Assembly (NCBI GenBank): GCA_964019335.1
Contig: OZ025707.1
Coordinates: 434,001 to 498,000 of the forward strand
Source of the DNA: Diplonema japonicum
Taxonomy: Eukaryota > Protista > Euglenozoa: Diplonemea
DNA: 64,000 nt
Direction of reading: 5' to 3'
The notes below the pieces were generated by a model. That model did not search any database and was not told where the DNA came from. It saw nothing but the letters and a program-made list of their open reading frames with translations. Within the stretch, counting starts at the first letter, position 1. The number at the start of each line of letters is the position of its first letter. Shown one piece after another: positions 11,801-23,383 of this stretch. Made by a program: the position numbers and the translations under genes.

Positions 11801-14800
11801 GCCAGCCTCAAAGCGGCTGAAGTAGAGAAGGAAAACCTCGCTAAAGAGCTTGCTGCCACACAAAAGGAGCTGGAAGGAAAGGTGGCCGATCTGCATGAGG
11901 AGAAGAAACGCGCTGGAAACCTAGACGAGTCGCAAAAGCAGCAGCAGGGTGTGATAGATCGACTCAAAGACGAACAGGCGGGCGGTCAACGGCATCTTGA
12001 AGAGAAGGACAGGGAGATCGCCGACATCAAGCAACAGCAACGTGTCTTAGAGGCAAAGGTGGCGGAGGCAGAAGCGCGAGCATCGAAAACAGCGCAAGCC
12101 GAGACTGCGAAAGGTGCGGAGCTTGACGCTGAGCGTGCGAAGAACACTGACCTGTCAAGCAAGCTGTTCACGCAAGAAGTTGAGAAAGACAAGCTAAAAG
12201 GCGAGTTTGGGAGCACCAAGGGGGAACTGGACCGCGTGAGGGCCGGGCTACGTCGGGAGCAGGAGCGCAACGCAGAGCTCGAGACCACTCTTCAGTCTAA
12301 CCAGCAAGACTTTGCGAAGACAGCTGGCATCCAGCAGGCCATGGGCCGTCAGGCGACCGAACTTGGTGCTGAACGCGCCAAGAGCATAGCACTTTCAAGC
12401 GAAACCAAGCTGCTGAAATCCAAGCTAGAGGCCGCCGAAGCGGAACGGGAAAGCCTCAAGGAAGCTCTAGCCGGTGCACAGAAAGATCTCGACACGACAG
12501 CAGCAGACCTGTTGTCTGAAAAGAAGCGCGCACATGGTCTCGACGAGACAGTAAAGCAGCAGCAAGATGCCCTGCACCGTAGCAAGGAAGAGCAGGATCG
12601 GAAGCAACAACAACTGGAAGAGAAAGAGAGGGAGAACAACAATCTGATGCAAGACGCGGAAGAGAAGGTTCGAAAACTGCAAGCAGAGTCCGAAGGACTG
12701 CGGGGCTCACTCGCAGCACAGGCGTCTGATTCGCAGCGCGAGGTTGCAAAGATGCAGGACACGCTTGAACGCCTAGCTGCCGAACACGAGGCAGCGTCCG
12801 CAGAACACAGCAACAATTTGAAGGACCAAGAAGGCAAGCTACATGCTGCAGAAACGGACAAGCGGGCTTTGAAGAATGAGGTGGCAGCAGCGCAGAGAGA
12901 GCTTGAAGCACAGAAAGCAGATCTGCAACAAGAAAAGAAGCGCGGTGCCATCCTAAACGACACAGTGAAGCAGCAGCAAAGGACCCTCGATCGGGTGACA
13001 GAAGAGCAGACAAAGCTCCAGAAGCAGCTCAACGAGAACGAAGGGACGAAAAGGGAAAACGCCGACCTGAAGCGACACAAACAAGAGTTGGAAGCCAAAC
13101 TGGAGAGGCTAGAAACAGAGGCGGACAGACTGCGAAACTCTATCGCCCGTCAAGCAGGCGAGATGCAAGCTGAGGCTGCGAAAAGCGCTGAGCTTGATGC
13201 GGAGCGCGCACAGCTGAGCAACAAGCTCTTCACAATGGGCGTTGAGCACGACGGACTGAAGAACGAGCTGGAAAGCGCACATGCAGAGCTGGAGCGTGCT
13301 AGGGAGGAAGTGCAGCGTGAGCAAGAGCGCAACACGACCTTGAATGCCGATTTCCAAGAATCTATGGATCGTATGGCCGAACTCGGTTTGGAGTTAGCAC
13401 AGACACGGTCAGAGAAGGAAGCGCAAGAACGTAAGTTGCAAGAGACGTGCAAAGAACTGGAGCAATGCATACAGGATATAGAAGAGGAGAAGCGACGACA
13501 CGCCATGCAAGCAGGGAGTCTGAAGCAAAAGGCGGACGAGGCGGAAAAACAGTTGGCAGCTGCGAAACGTGAGCACACCGACGCCTTGAACTTCGACCTG
13601 TCTGCCATGCGGAGGAGCAAAGCTGCCGCCGAACGCGACCTTCAGGACGAAATAGAGAAGAAGAAAACAGAGCTGTCAAAAGCGCAGCGCGACCACAGCA
13701 AGCTTAAAGCGGAGGTACAAGATCGCAACATGCAGCTGAAGGAGAGGGACAACACACTAAACACAATGAAGGACGATATTGATGCCTTGAAAGAGCGGCT
13801 CCGCAGGCAGGAACGGGAAACAAGAGACTTCACAGACGAGCTCAAACAACAACAGGAGAAATTCGTAGGTGATATGACAAAGCGGCATGCCGACCAGATA
13901 CAGTCGCTTGAGAAGGAGCTCGTCTGTGAACGCAAGAGGAGTGAAGATCTGGTGTCTGACTTGGAACGTATGAGGAAACAGGCAGCCGAGGCTGAGAAGG
14001 CCCGAGAAAGTATAAATGAGTATCAAAATGAGTATCAAGCAGAGGTCAACAGACTAGAAGGAGAGCTCGCAGAGCTTGGAGAACTACTGGAGGCCAGGGA
14101 CGCAAGCCAGCAAGAGTTGTTGAGCGTCAAAAGCAATCTGTTAAAACACAAGCAGAGGGCAGCACAGCAGGCCGCAGAGTTTGAACAGCAGCTAGACTCG
14201 GAGGTGTCGAAGAGACGGGCTGTCGAGGACAGGTTTGCCCGGGAGCAGGAAGACCACGAGAAAACGAGGGACGCCAACAAAGCCGCCCAGCAGGAAGCCC
14301 AGCACGCGATGGACGGTCTGCAGAAGAACATGACGGAACTGAAGAAGAGCCTTGCACATTCGCAGGACACTTGTCGGGATGGTGTCGTGGCGAATGAGAA
14401 GCTGCACACAAAAGTGAAACATCTTGAGAACGCGAACATGGAGGCGGAAAACAGGAAACAGGTGCTGCAGGACAAACTGCGTTCCGTTGAGGGGCAGATC
14501 AGAGAGCTGCAGAACGGCAGCGATCAGCTGCGCCACACCATCAGCAGTCTCAAGGCAGAGGCAGATGCTGTAGCTGCACGGAACTCGGAAATCGAAAGCG
14601 CAGCGGAGCTTGCCAGGAAAACCGCGGAAGAAGCACGCAACGCCGCCGAAGCAAGGGAGAAGTCAGCTGTCACCAGAGCTGACCAAGCGGAGGAGAGATA
14701 TGAAATAAAGTATCGCGAAGCCGAGGATGCCATAGACAGGGAACAACGAATGGCACAGTCGATGGAACTGGACAAGAAAAGCAGGTCACAAATCGCGTCG

Positions 14801-16512
14801 GCCGCCGAGGAAGAGATAGCAGGCATGCGGAGGACTGCCAACGAGCTTCGCGACGAGCTGCGAACAGCACAGTCACAGCTGCATGATTTAAAATGTGAGC
14901 ACAGGGAGGCTGAACAGGCACTGGACGCCAGCAAGGCAAACACTGAAAAAGAGATCACAATGCTGCAGGACAACCTCACACGAGCACAAGAACAGCTGGA
15001 GAGGGAACGCAGGCGCAACGAGCAAGCAACTGAGGAGGTCCTCAGCATGCGCCGTGGGCAACAGCATGACGCGGCGGAAGCGGAGCGCTTGCTCCGCGAA
15101 AACGAAAGCCTTCAAGAGGAGCACAAAAAAAAACACGCCGAGCATGTCATATCCGCCAGCAAAGCAGCCGACTGCGAGGCGGCTTTGAAAAGCACGAAGC
15201 AAGACCTTGAACACACAAGACAGGACCTCGAACGCACTCAGGCGGACTTGGAGACTGCACGTGTGCAAGTTGAACAGTTGGACATGCAACTCGGCCAATG
15301 CACGGAACAAGACGAGACCTTGAAAATGCTGCAACGCGACACGGAACGTGGAAGGGAGAAAGAGAGACATCTCCAAGACCTCCTGCACAGGGAGAAAGAG
15401 CTCATGAGAATCGTGAGCGGAGCGTTGCAAGACCTGGGCTCAAGACGAAGCGTGGCGGGGGTGGCTGCAGGGAGCCTGACAGCAGACCTGCTGAATGTCG
15501 ACAGGTGCATCGAGGAGACGATGGCCGAGTGCGAACAGCTGCGGAGAAACCTCTCCGAGGCTGAAGCAGAAGGTCGCGAGCACAGAACACGCGCCGACGT
15601 CACAGCTTCCGACGCCGAGAGGGCACGACGTGTAAATGATGCCACCGAACGCCGGCTCAACGAAGAAGTAGCAAACATGAAAGCTATCATGCAGGAAGCC
15701 GACTCAAAGCACCACAACGCTGCCACAGAGCTGCGGGACAAGGTGAACCGCCTAGAGAGCGCACTGTCGGAGGCACAAGAACAACTCGCAATTGAAATAC
15801 AGCACAACCACAAACAACGGCAGGGCGTCGAGGAGGAGAGGAACGAGCTGCAAGGTGCTTTGGAAAACGTCGAGATGGAGCTGCAGGCTGTGCGCAGGGA
15901 GCTACGCGAAGTGAAGAGGGAGCTGCGCAATGCGACAGAAGACTCACGCGAAATGGAGGCAAGAGTGCACAAGCTCTCGGGAGAGGTTGAGATGCTACAA
16001 ACCGCACTTGCCGAATCCGAGGCAGGACGGGAAAAGTTCAAACGGAAAGCAGAGACAATGGAAACAGAGGCTGTCCAAGGCCTTGCAGGTACGAAACTCT
16101 TAAAAAGAAAAAAAAAAAAAAAAAAAAATAAAAACAAAAAATAAAAACAGAAATTCATGAGACGGTGAAGGATTCAAACAGGCGTACGGCTGCTGCGGAG
16201 AGGTCGATGCGGGCTGCAGAGATCGAACAACGGAGGTTGCAGAAAGTGCTGGATTTAGAGCGGCAGGAGAAGGAGCACAGCGAGCAAGAATTCATGAAGG
16301 TAGCCTCGGAACTAGAAGCGAAGGCGAGGGAGGTACAGGCGAGATCGGATGAGACAAAAAAGTCACTTAGGAAAGCGGAGGCAGATGGCGAGGAGCTCCG
16401 TCGGCAGTTAACCCAAGACACCGCCTTAGCGGCACATCGGAGAATGTCACTCAGGGAGGCCACACCCATGTCGCATGGGTCTGCCTACCGCACTTCACGT
16501 ACGTTGCTCTAG
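8843..16512 (+). CDS. Giant (~2500 aa) coiled-coil protein with a degenerate kinesin-motor-like N-terminal domain; exons 8843-16088 and 16151-16512
   Basis: Long ORF; intron 16089-16150 joins ORF 16165..16512 in frame. N-terminal VF...VW....VMDLFIQGENCNV aligns by eye to kinesin VF...VY....LV...L.GYN.T, but GxxxxGKT is absent. The remainder is coiled coil. Confidence 0.8.
10925..11461 (+). repeat. Coding tandem repeat: 4 units alternating 138/135 nt (46/45 aa)
   Basis: Units start CTGAAGCAGCAACG at 10925, 11063, 11198 and 11336 and are near-identical at DNA level. Confidence 0.95.
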
Positions 16513-16772
16513 AGCTTTTAGATTTTATGTTTTTTTTTTTTCCTTCTTCTTTTTGTACTTTTTTTTATTTGTTGAATTCTAAGGGTTACTTTCTGTCACT
16601 CGAGTGAATGTTTCACTTGCGTGTGAGTAAAAATGGTGGTTTTAATTTTTTTTTTTTATCTCCTCAATTTTACTTCATTTCAGTAGTCCCTATAAAAAAA
16701 TCAAAAACTGCGGGGAAAGTGGTCACATTTTGCGCACCAAAATCTGCAAAAGAAAAATGGGGGCCCCCGGTC

Positions 16773-16861
16773 AAATCGACCCGGGACCACATTTCTTTAC
16801 CGGGCGTGGGATGCCGCCTGAGGTACGTGCTTGTTGCCCATCCTATCACCGATTTATATCG
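16773..16861 (+). ncRNA. Candidate structured small RNA or UTR element (three-way junction)
   Basis: AAATCG/CGATTT closing stem, CCCGG/CCGGG hairpin and GTGGGATG/CATCCTAT stem, followed by ATA plus 3 nt. Confidence 0.3.
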
Positions 16862-17048
16862 ATGAAAAAATTGGTGTTTCCTGGAGTGAAAAGAAAAAAA
16901 GAAAAAAGTAAAATTGAGATGAGTGTACAGACAAGGTTAGACTTTTTTTTTTGTGTATTAGTAAAAAAAAAAAAAAGAAAAAAAAAGAATCCCGAGGACT
17001 GGCAACCAAAGGAGAAAAAAAAAAAAAAAAAAAAAAAAAAAGGCCATT

Positions 17049-17155
17049 AGCCAACTGTGGAAAGAGAATACCCATGTCACAAAGGTGCTAGAACAATAAC
17101 ACAGGCCGACACGAAAGCACGAACGTCTCAACACACTTCCGTTGGCTCCACACAG
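17049..17155 (+). ncRNA. Candidate single-hairpin H/ACA-like RNA
   Basis: Nested stems AGCCAAC/GTTGGCT, GGAA/TTCC, GAGA/TCTC and GTGCT/AGCAC; ACA at 17150-17152 just after the basal stem. Shares TCTCA-n-ACTTCC with module B. Confidence 0.4.
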
Positions 17156-17360
17156 CCCAGCTGGGTGGGGTCGGTCTGGCTAGACCAAGAGGAGGTGGAA
17201 TTTAAAAAAAAAAAAAAAAAAAAAGTATAGTATTTTTCTTATGTTTCCACTCCCTCCCTCGCCCCCTCCCCCCCTTTTTTTTTCCAAGGACAAAAAGAAA
17301 AAAACCCCCCCTCCCCACAGGAAAAAAAAAAAAAAGCGAAGGGAAGAAGAAAAAAAAAAA

Positions 17361-17435
17361 ATGTCAGCTGAGGAGATAGCAGCTTTGAAGGAGGAGAATG
17401 AACGGTTGAACGAACAGGTGAAACAGGTAACGACC

Positions 17436-17466
<31 letters not shown>

Positions 17467-18282
17467 AGATGAACATGCAAATGATTGGACTTCGCTTTGC
17501 ATCAAACACCCCCGACCTGGACGACGCGTACGACCGGAGGAAAGCGGCAGTTGAGGTAGAGTCGCCGGAGATCGGTACAAGAGTGAAGATCGTGAACCAA
17601 GGGAGCAAGTACAACTCAAACGATTTCAAGTCCTCCTTCGGGGAGGGTCTGGACTACACCGACGTGGTGGAGCAGGGCGCCATGGGTGTCGTTACACAAA
17701 AGTGCCAACATTTCAAAAAGAGGGGCACCGAGGTATTCTTGGTGAAGTTCGACTCCGGTAAAAGCGCAGTCCTGGCACGAAAGGGTATCGAACCGTCTTT
17801 CTGGGTTGGCTCCCATGTAACCATCACCAACGTTGGGTGCAAGTACGCCGCAAAGGACTTCTCCTCTCGGTACCCTGATAATACTGTCACCGACGAATGC
17901 CGCGTGAGCCAGCGTGGTGTTATAATCTCCATTCAGCCCCACTACAAGGCGAAGAATACTACTGTTTTCTTGGTGGCCATCGATTCGAAGCTTCGTTGTG
18001 TGGTGATGAACGGTAAGGGGTGCACACCGCGTGAAATCCCCGGCCTGCGGGACTACTCACGCAGAAGGGAGAGGAAGGAAGAGGAGCGAGCGAAGAAGGA
18101 AAAAGAAGCGGAAGAGAAAACCACCACCGAGGAACAATCACCCGCTGCTGAAGAAGAACCCGTTGCGGGACAAGAATCTGAAAAAAGAGCGGTATGTGGG
18201 GAATTAAAAAAAAAAAAAAAAAAAGGCGAGCGAGGAACCCGAAGACGCCCCGAGTGAGAAGAAGAGGAAAGTCGAAGAGTGA
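17361..18282 (+). CDS. Protein with two tandem SH3/KOW-like beta-barrel repeats and a charged tail; exons 17361-17426, 17469-18191, 18226-18282
   Basis: Introns 17427-17468 and 18192-18225 keep the frame. Internal duplication G..V.I.N.G.KY...DF.S ... G.V.....H.K...T.VFLV..DS....V...KG. Confidence 0.75.
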
Positions 18283-19011
18283 GGGGAAAAAAATGGATTA
18301 AAAAAGTGTTTTTTTTTAGGGGGGGGTTTTTTTTTTCTGGAAAAGGGTATCACTTTGCTAAGGAAGGGGAGAAACAAATCGGGAAAAAAAAAAAGAATAG
18401 AATGGAGGGGATGTTCTCTTGTTTGTTTTCTTTTCTTTTGTGGTCTCCTTTTTTTGTTTTGTTTTTTTTCCTTTTCTTTTTTCCTTTTTGTTTTCATCAG
18501 GATACAAGCAAAAATAAATATTTTTTTGTAAGGGTAAAGCCGCATCGAAAAGTGTTTGTCTTTTTTATTTCTTCTTTCTTACAAGGTACCAACCCGTAGT
18601 AAGCAATCTGAATTTCTTTCCCCCCCCTTTTTTTTCCCCTACTTCATATTATTTAAAAAGGTTTCCTTTCTTCATTCTGGGAAGGGGGGAAGGGGGAACG
18701 GATGCAGCACAGAGGAGAAGCAACACTTTATCCCCCCCACCCACTCCCTCAACATAATTCCCCCCACCCTCAAATACGCAAAAGGAGAGGAAAGCGGGGA
18801 AAAAAAAAAAAAAAAAAAAAGAAAATCAGATTTTGTGTAACACATTATTTTTTTTTCCCCCCACCTCTCGCCCATCCCCTTTGGTTTTGCTCTTTTTTTT
18901 TTTTCTTCTTTTTTTTTAAAAAAAAAAAAAGAAAAAAAAAAAAAAAACCACGTCCCCCCTCTGAATTTTTTTTTTTATAATTATAAATAATAAAAAAAAA
19001 AGGATGAGAAC

Positions 19012-21540
19012 ATGGAGCTTGCGGGAGTGGTAGAGGTACCACCGCACCCAACGGAGTTACCAAAGGCCACCATGAGCCCCGTGCGACAGTCGGGCAGCGA
19101 GGCTCCACAGGGAAGCATTATAATGTCTCCGGTGATATCTCCGAGCAGGCAACTGAACCTAGGGGACGCGTACACAGACCTGCGGGAGCGGTACGATGTG
19201 CTGTGCTCCACACACGACGACGTAGTGGTGAGCCAGGTCCTCCCCCTGCAGCACCGCCTGTCAGAACTCGCAGTAGTTCTATCAGACGAACGCACGCACC
19301 GCGAAGGCCTGGGCATCCTCCTCGAAGAGAAGGACCGCGAGCTTGAAATCCTCAAGCAGGAGATGAAACGGCAAAAACTCCTTGAGTACATGATCATCAG
19401 GAAGAAAGACGACCAGATCACAACATTAGAGAATACCACCAACGCAGCCGCCGGCCACGGTACAGGTCCTCACGACCTCCAAGGCCACGGTCACGGTGAA
19501 GGACACACCCCTACCCACGGCGGTGTACACCTTGGGCATGATGATGCTAACATGTCAAGCGATGTGAGCGGCCATCGTCAAAGGCAGAGCGTCCGGTTGG
19601 AAAGCCCTGTCGAGGCAGGGAAGCATCCCATCGGCGGCCCTGCAGTAGGCCCCACCGAGTCATGGGAAGGCCCTCCCAGACGGAACGGAACAGGAGGCAG
19701 TGTTTCAAGCACTGGCGAACGCCGCCGACGTGCTGCAACCTGCAGCAACCCTGACACATCAATGGCCTTGTCCGGCACCTCTGTCCCAACACGGCGATCG
19801 GAACGAAGGAAGTCAGATGTTTCCTTTAAAGACATGGAAGGTGCTTATAACAACGACCCTGAGGCAGAACAGTCAGAAGAGGGATACAGCCACGACAGCC
19901 AGTCGGAGATGATGTCCAATGGTATCCCCCCTGCAGAACGCGAGGCGCTCATCACCCGTGCGGACGAGGCTGCGAAGGATGCTACCGAAGCCAAAGCCGA
20001 GATAGAAGTTCTCAAGCAACAGCTGCAGGATGCCCAGAACGTTGCCGCTCAGGCGCAGAAGGAAACGGGGGACATCGCTCAGGAGCTGCTGGAGACCAAA
20101 GACGTGGACGACCGCAGGCAGGACGTCATTAAAGACATGCAGCAGCAGATCGAGAACTACATACGCGCGGAAGACGAGATGCCTGCTGCGATACAAGAAG
20201 CAGAAGGGCAGATCATGGACCTGCAGAAACAGCTTTCCGACCAAAAGCAAGAGGCGACCTGTCTGTACGATGACATGAAGAGGGAGTTCAAGACCCAGTT
20301 CTCGGAGACCGTGTCAGAGCTTAACAACCAAATCGAGGTGTTGAAGCAGCGCGTGAACTCCCTCAAGGACGAGACGGCGGAGCACGAGAATGAAAAGATC
20401 GCTTTGCAGAAGCTGACGCAGCAGCTTCGGCAGGCGGTTGCACAGGCATCACGAGAAGCATCAGTCGCTGACAAAAAAGCACAGGCTTACGAACAGGAGA
20501 ACAGAATCTTGAAACAAAACACGGCGCAAAACAAACGTGACATCGAACTGCTACGCGACAAGGCGAAGAGTCTAGAAGCGGCGAAGAACCAACTACAGGA
20601 CGCGGCAGCGCAGCTCAACAACGAGTACACCTTACTGTTGGGAAAGTACAACACGACAGAGACGGAGAAGTCCGGGGTGCAGAGAAAGGTAACAGAGATG
20701 GACACGGAACTGAGCAACACACACGGGGAATATCTATCGCAGCTGAAAAGCTCTGAACAGGAAATGATACGCTTAATGGAGAAACTAGACGCTGCAGAGG
20801 AGAACGCTCGCGCAATGGAAACCGAGATCAACGCGTTGCAGGACACCTTATCCACAGAAAAGTTACGATGCGAAGATGAAAAGCGCCGCGCGGACCGAGA
20901 AGAACTCGTTTCGAAACGTCTTAGAGAAGAAGCACAGCGAGCAAGGTCGGACGTTGAAACTCTCCGTGCGGTGCTCAGCCAACAATCAGGCGTCCTTGAC
21001 GGCGTTGACAGTGCTTTGGCGGAAAAGGACCAAACAGTTATTGAATACGAGCGTGAGATACGAACCGCAGCGGAGAAGAACCAAACCCTCCTAGAGGTGG
21101 AACAACGCCTCCGGAAGGAGCTCCGAAGGGGGGAACAAGAATGGGCTATTCTCGAAAAGGAGTACAGAGAAAAGGAGCGCTACCTTGCTGAGTGGGCGAG
21201 AAAAAGCGCAGATTGGGAACTTCGGGAATCGGAGCTCACGTCGAGGATTCAAGATTTGGAAGGTGCTGCTGGTCAGATCAAAGCGTCTTATGTGGCCGCC
21301 AAGCAAGCTGCCGCCGCAACGGAATCCCGTGTACTTGAAGAAGAGCGAAGAGCGGTGACCTCAGAGGGCGAGGTCAGGATTTTAGAGGCGCGTGTTGCGT
21401 CGCTTTCCAAGGAGCTGCTCCATGCGCAGACGCAGCTGCACAAGACACACCTCACCACCTCTCTGCAGGGGGTGCAGGAATCGGTGTCCGTCTCTCCCCC
21501 GCGACATCAGCAACGCCTTCCCAAACCTTTTAGCTTTTAG
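19012..21540 (+). CDS. Coiled-coil protein (842 aa) with a His/Gly-rich disordered linker
   Basis: Long intact ORF, heptad-rich. Confidence 0.85.
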   Translation: MELAGVVEVPPHPTELPKATMSPVRQSGSEAPQGSIIMSPVISPSRQLNLGDAYTDLRERYDVLCSTHDDVVVSQVLPLQHRLSELAVVLSDERTHREGLGILLEEKDRELEILKQEMKRQKLLEYMIIRKKDDQITTLENTTNAAAGHGTGPHDLQGHGHGEGHTPTHGGVHLGHDDANMSSDVSGHRQRQSVRLESPVEAGKHPIGGPAVGPTESWEGPPRRNGTGGSVSSTGERRRRAATCSNPDTSMALSGTSVPTRRSERRKSDVSFKDMEGAYNNDPEAEQSEEGYSHDSQSEMMSNGIPPAEREALITRADEAAKDATEAKAEIEVLKQQLQDAQNVAAQAQKETGDIAQELLETKDVDDRRQDVIKDMQQQIENYIRAEDEMPAAIQEAEGQIMDLQKQLSDQKQEATCLYDDMKREFKTQFSETVSELNNQIEVLKQRVNSLKDETAEHENEKIALQKLTQQLRQAVAQASREASVADKKAQAYEQENRILKQNTAQNKRDIELLRDKAKSLEAAKNQLQDAAAQLNNEYTLLLGKYNTTETEKSGVQRKVTEMDTELSNTHGEYLSQLKSSEQEMIRLMEKLDAAEENARAMETEINALQDTLSTEKLRCEDEKRRADREELVSKRLREEAQRARSDVETLRAVLSQQSGVLDGVDSALAEKDQTVIEYEREIRTAAEKNQTLLEVEQRLRKELRRGEQEWAILEKEYREKERYLAEWARKSADWELRESELTSRIQDLEGAAGQIKASYVAAKQAAAATESRVLEEERRAVTSEGEVRILEARVASLSKELLHAQTQLHKTHLTTSLQGVQESVSVSPPRHQQRLPKPFSF

Positions 21541-21751
21541 ATGTTTTTTTTGTACTGTATTAAATATAATAAATTATTTTTTTTTTTCTTCCTGTATTTC
21601 TTTTTTCCCCATTATGTTGTACAACTTTTATTTTTTTGTTTGTTATTTTCTGCAAAAGTTCTTTTTTTTTTATTAAAAAAAAAGAAGAAAAAAAGGGGTT
21701 TCTTTACACACCGATTTACACGAATCCAAAAAAAAAAAAAACCAAGAAGAA

Positions 21752-21985
21752 ATGGGCAAGCATCCACTTACGGTGATCGGGGCATCGTGGTGTGGGCATA
21801 CTACGCATGAACGCGCAGAGCTGAAGAGTGCGGGTGTGGCTTACAATTATATCGATGGTGACAAAGATGCTGCTGCTGCTCAAAAGGCGAAGCTGTACCC
21901 GACTCTGATGTGCAGCAGCAACGGCAAGGTACACTATGGGGAGATGGCAGGCTCGGCAGTCAAGACTTGGTGCCCTAGTACTTGA
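21752..21985 (+). CDS. Small thioredoxin/glutaredoxin-fold protein (77 aa) with a WCGHT active site
   Basis: VIGASWCGHT, then the YPTL cis-Pro-like motif and NGKVHYG; coding-like composition between homopolymer tracts. Confidence 0.75.
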   Translation: MGKHPLTVIGASWCGHTTHERAELKSAGVAYNYIDGDKDAAAAQKAKLYPTLMCSSNGKVHYGEMAGSAVKTWCPST

Positions 21986-22162
21986 GCTTTTAGATATTAA
22001 GATTCCATTTTTTTTTTTTTTGTTCTTTTCTTTGTAAACACTGCCAACAGGGGAAAGGGGAAGGGGGGAGAAAAAAAAAGTAAAATGATTTGAAACTGAG
22101 AAATGCCACTGAACATGCCGAGCCGATGGAATCTGAACGCACTGGACAACCCGTACCCTCTT

Positions 22163-22257
22163 GGGTCTTGCCGTGAAGCGCGACAGCATGAAATCGATTG
22201 CATTGTCGACACAACGGACGCGGCCACCAGCAGCATCTCCGCCTACTGCTCCGTACC
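22163..22257 (+). pseudogene. Ectopic ~95-nt copy of exon sequence 49411-49515
   Basis: GGGTCTTGCCGTGAAGCGCGACAGCATG...CAGCAGCATCTCCGCCTACTGC matches the downstream gene, apart from a few substitutions and a ~10-nt deletion at the GTCGCACAC tandem duplication. Confidence 0.9.
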
Positions 22258-22463
22258 TCGTCATGACCGACGAGGTCTCGTTTTTCTTTCCTCTTCTCTT
22301 TTTTTTTTTATTTGCAAAAACGAATCTTCGACTTGTCTAAACAAAAAGGGGAACGTTGGCAACGTGTTTCGGTTCCTCTTTTTTTTTAATATTAGTTCTG
22401 TTTTGTTTTTTTTTTTTTTTTGTGTTCAACAAGAAGTACTGCTCACTTGTAAGAGCAGAAAAG

Positions 22464-22502
22464 AAAGAGTAGGGGCAGCATGCAGTATTTGTGCACAAAC
22501 AA
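22464..22502 (+). repeat. Module A, short copy
   Basis: AAAGAGTAG.GG.AGC ... TGCACAAACA, as in the 35-kb copy but with a shortened central arm. Confidence 0.4.
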
Positions 22503-22542
22503 AATGCTAAAAACCTTTTTGAATTGTCTGCGCGGGCAAGCT

Positions 22543-22719
22543 CCTCTTTGTATTCAGAGTCCAGAGTTCAGGTTGCATTGCGGCTCTTTCCTAGTGTTGA
22601 TGCGTACTGCTGATATCCTTTGGTCCGAGGTAAAACCCAATGCGTCAAGACCTGCACTCTATGAACGGTGGTAATGGTGCCCTGTGATTAGGCTAAGAAA
22701 AAGAATACCACTAAAGAGG
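22543..22719 (+). ncRNA. Candidate ~180-nt multi-helix structured RNA
   Basis: CCTCTTTG/TAAAGAGG closing stem; AGAGT-CAGGTT/GACCTG-ACTCT; GCATTG/CAATGC; GGTGGTA/TACCACT. The apical TATCCT-loop-AGGTAA resembles module A. Confidence 0.45.
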
Positions 22720-23011
22720 TAGGCTGTCGGGTCCACCGCTCTTTTCTTTTTGTTTTAACAAGAATATTATTGTCGAAAGCGCGGATGTGTCCCTTTCCAC
22801 TTCACGAGCAATAAAAAATACAAGATTTTGAAAGGGAAAAAAAAAAAAGGAGTACAACCAACAATCAGCTGACTCTTTTTCTTCTTTCTCCTCTTGTCCA
22901 GCCTTCGCCCTGAAACTGTCGTTAGGCTCCTTTCAAAGACATCCTTATTTGCTGTGTGGAAAAGAAAAGTCAAGGCTTGTTAAGTTAAGACTTTTTTTTA
23001 AACGTTCCGTG

Positions 23012-23148
23012 GTGGGATGGGAGCCCGACTACTTTGAAAAAACCGATAGTTGCGTGGGGGCAGAAGGGAAGCTCACGGAACAAGCACCCCCCTCTGCACA
23101 CTGAATTCTTTATCGTGCCGTGGATGGGATCAGTGCTCTCCAACCCAC
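23012..23148 (+). ncRNA. Candidate ~140-nt multi-helix structured RNA
   Basis: GTGGG.TGGGAG/CTCTCCA.CCCAC closing stem, GCAGA.GGG/CCC.TCTGC and CACTGA/TCAGTG. Confidence 0.35.
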
Positions 23149-23383
23149 TGGGTGGCACTAACCCTTAAAGGATGCTAGAGTTTTCACGATCGCCAGAAAT
23201 TGCATAAGCTGATTCACAGAGTTCGATACTCTCTTTCTCTCTCTCTCTCTGAGGAATGAGAATAAGAAAAAAAAGAAAAAAAAAAAAAAAGAAATGAGGA
23301 TTTGCACAAACAAAACGCCGGCCTCCTTTTTTTTTTCTTCTTTTCTTCTTTCGTTTGGACAGGAAGAAACGACAATCGAATAA

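Noticed and set aside
23158-23165. CTAACCCT as a telomerase RNA template
   Set aside because: Only 8 nt, shorter than the usual ~1.5 repeats, with no other telomerase RNA features recognisable; compatible with chance.
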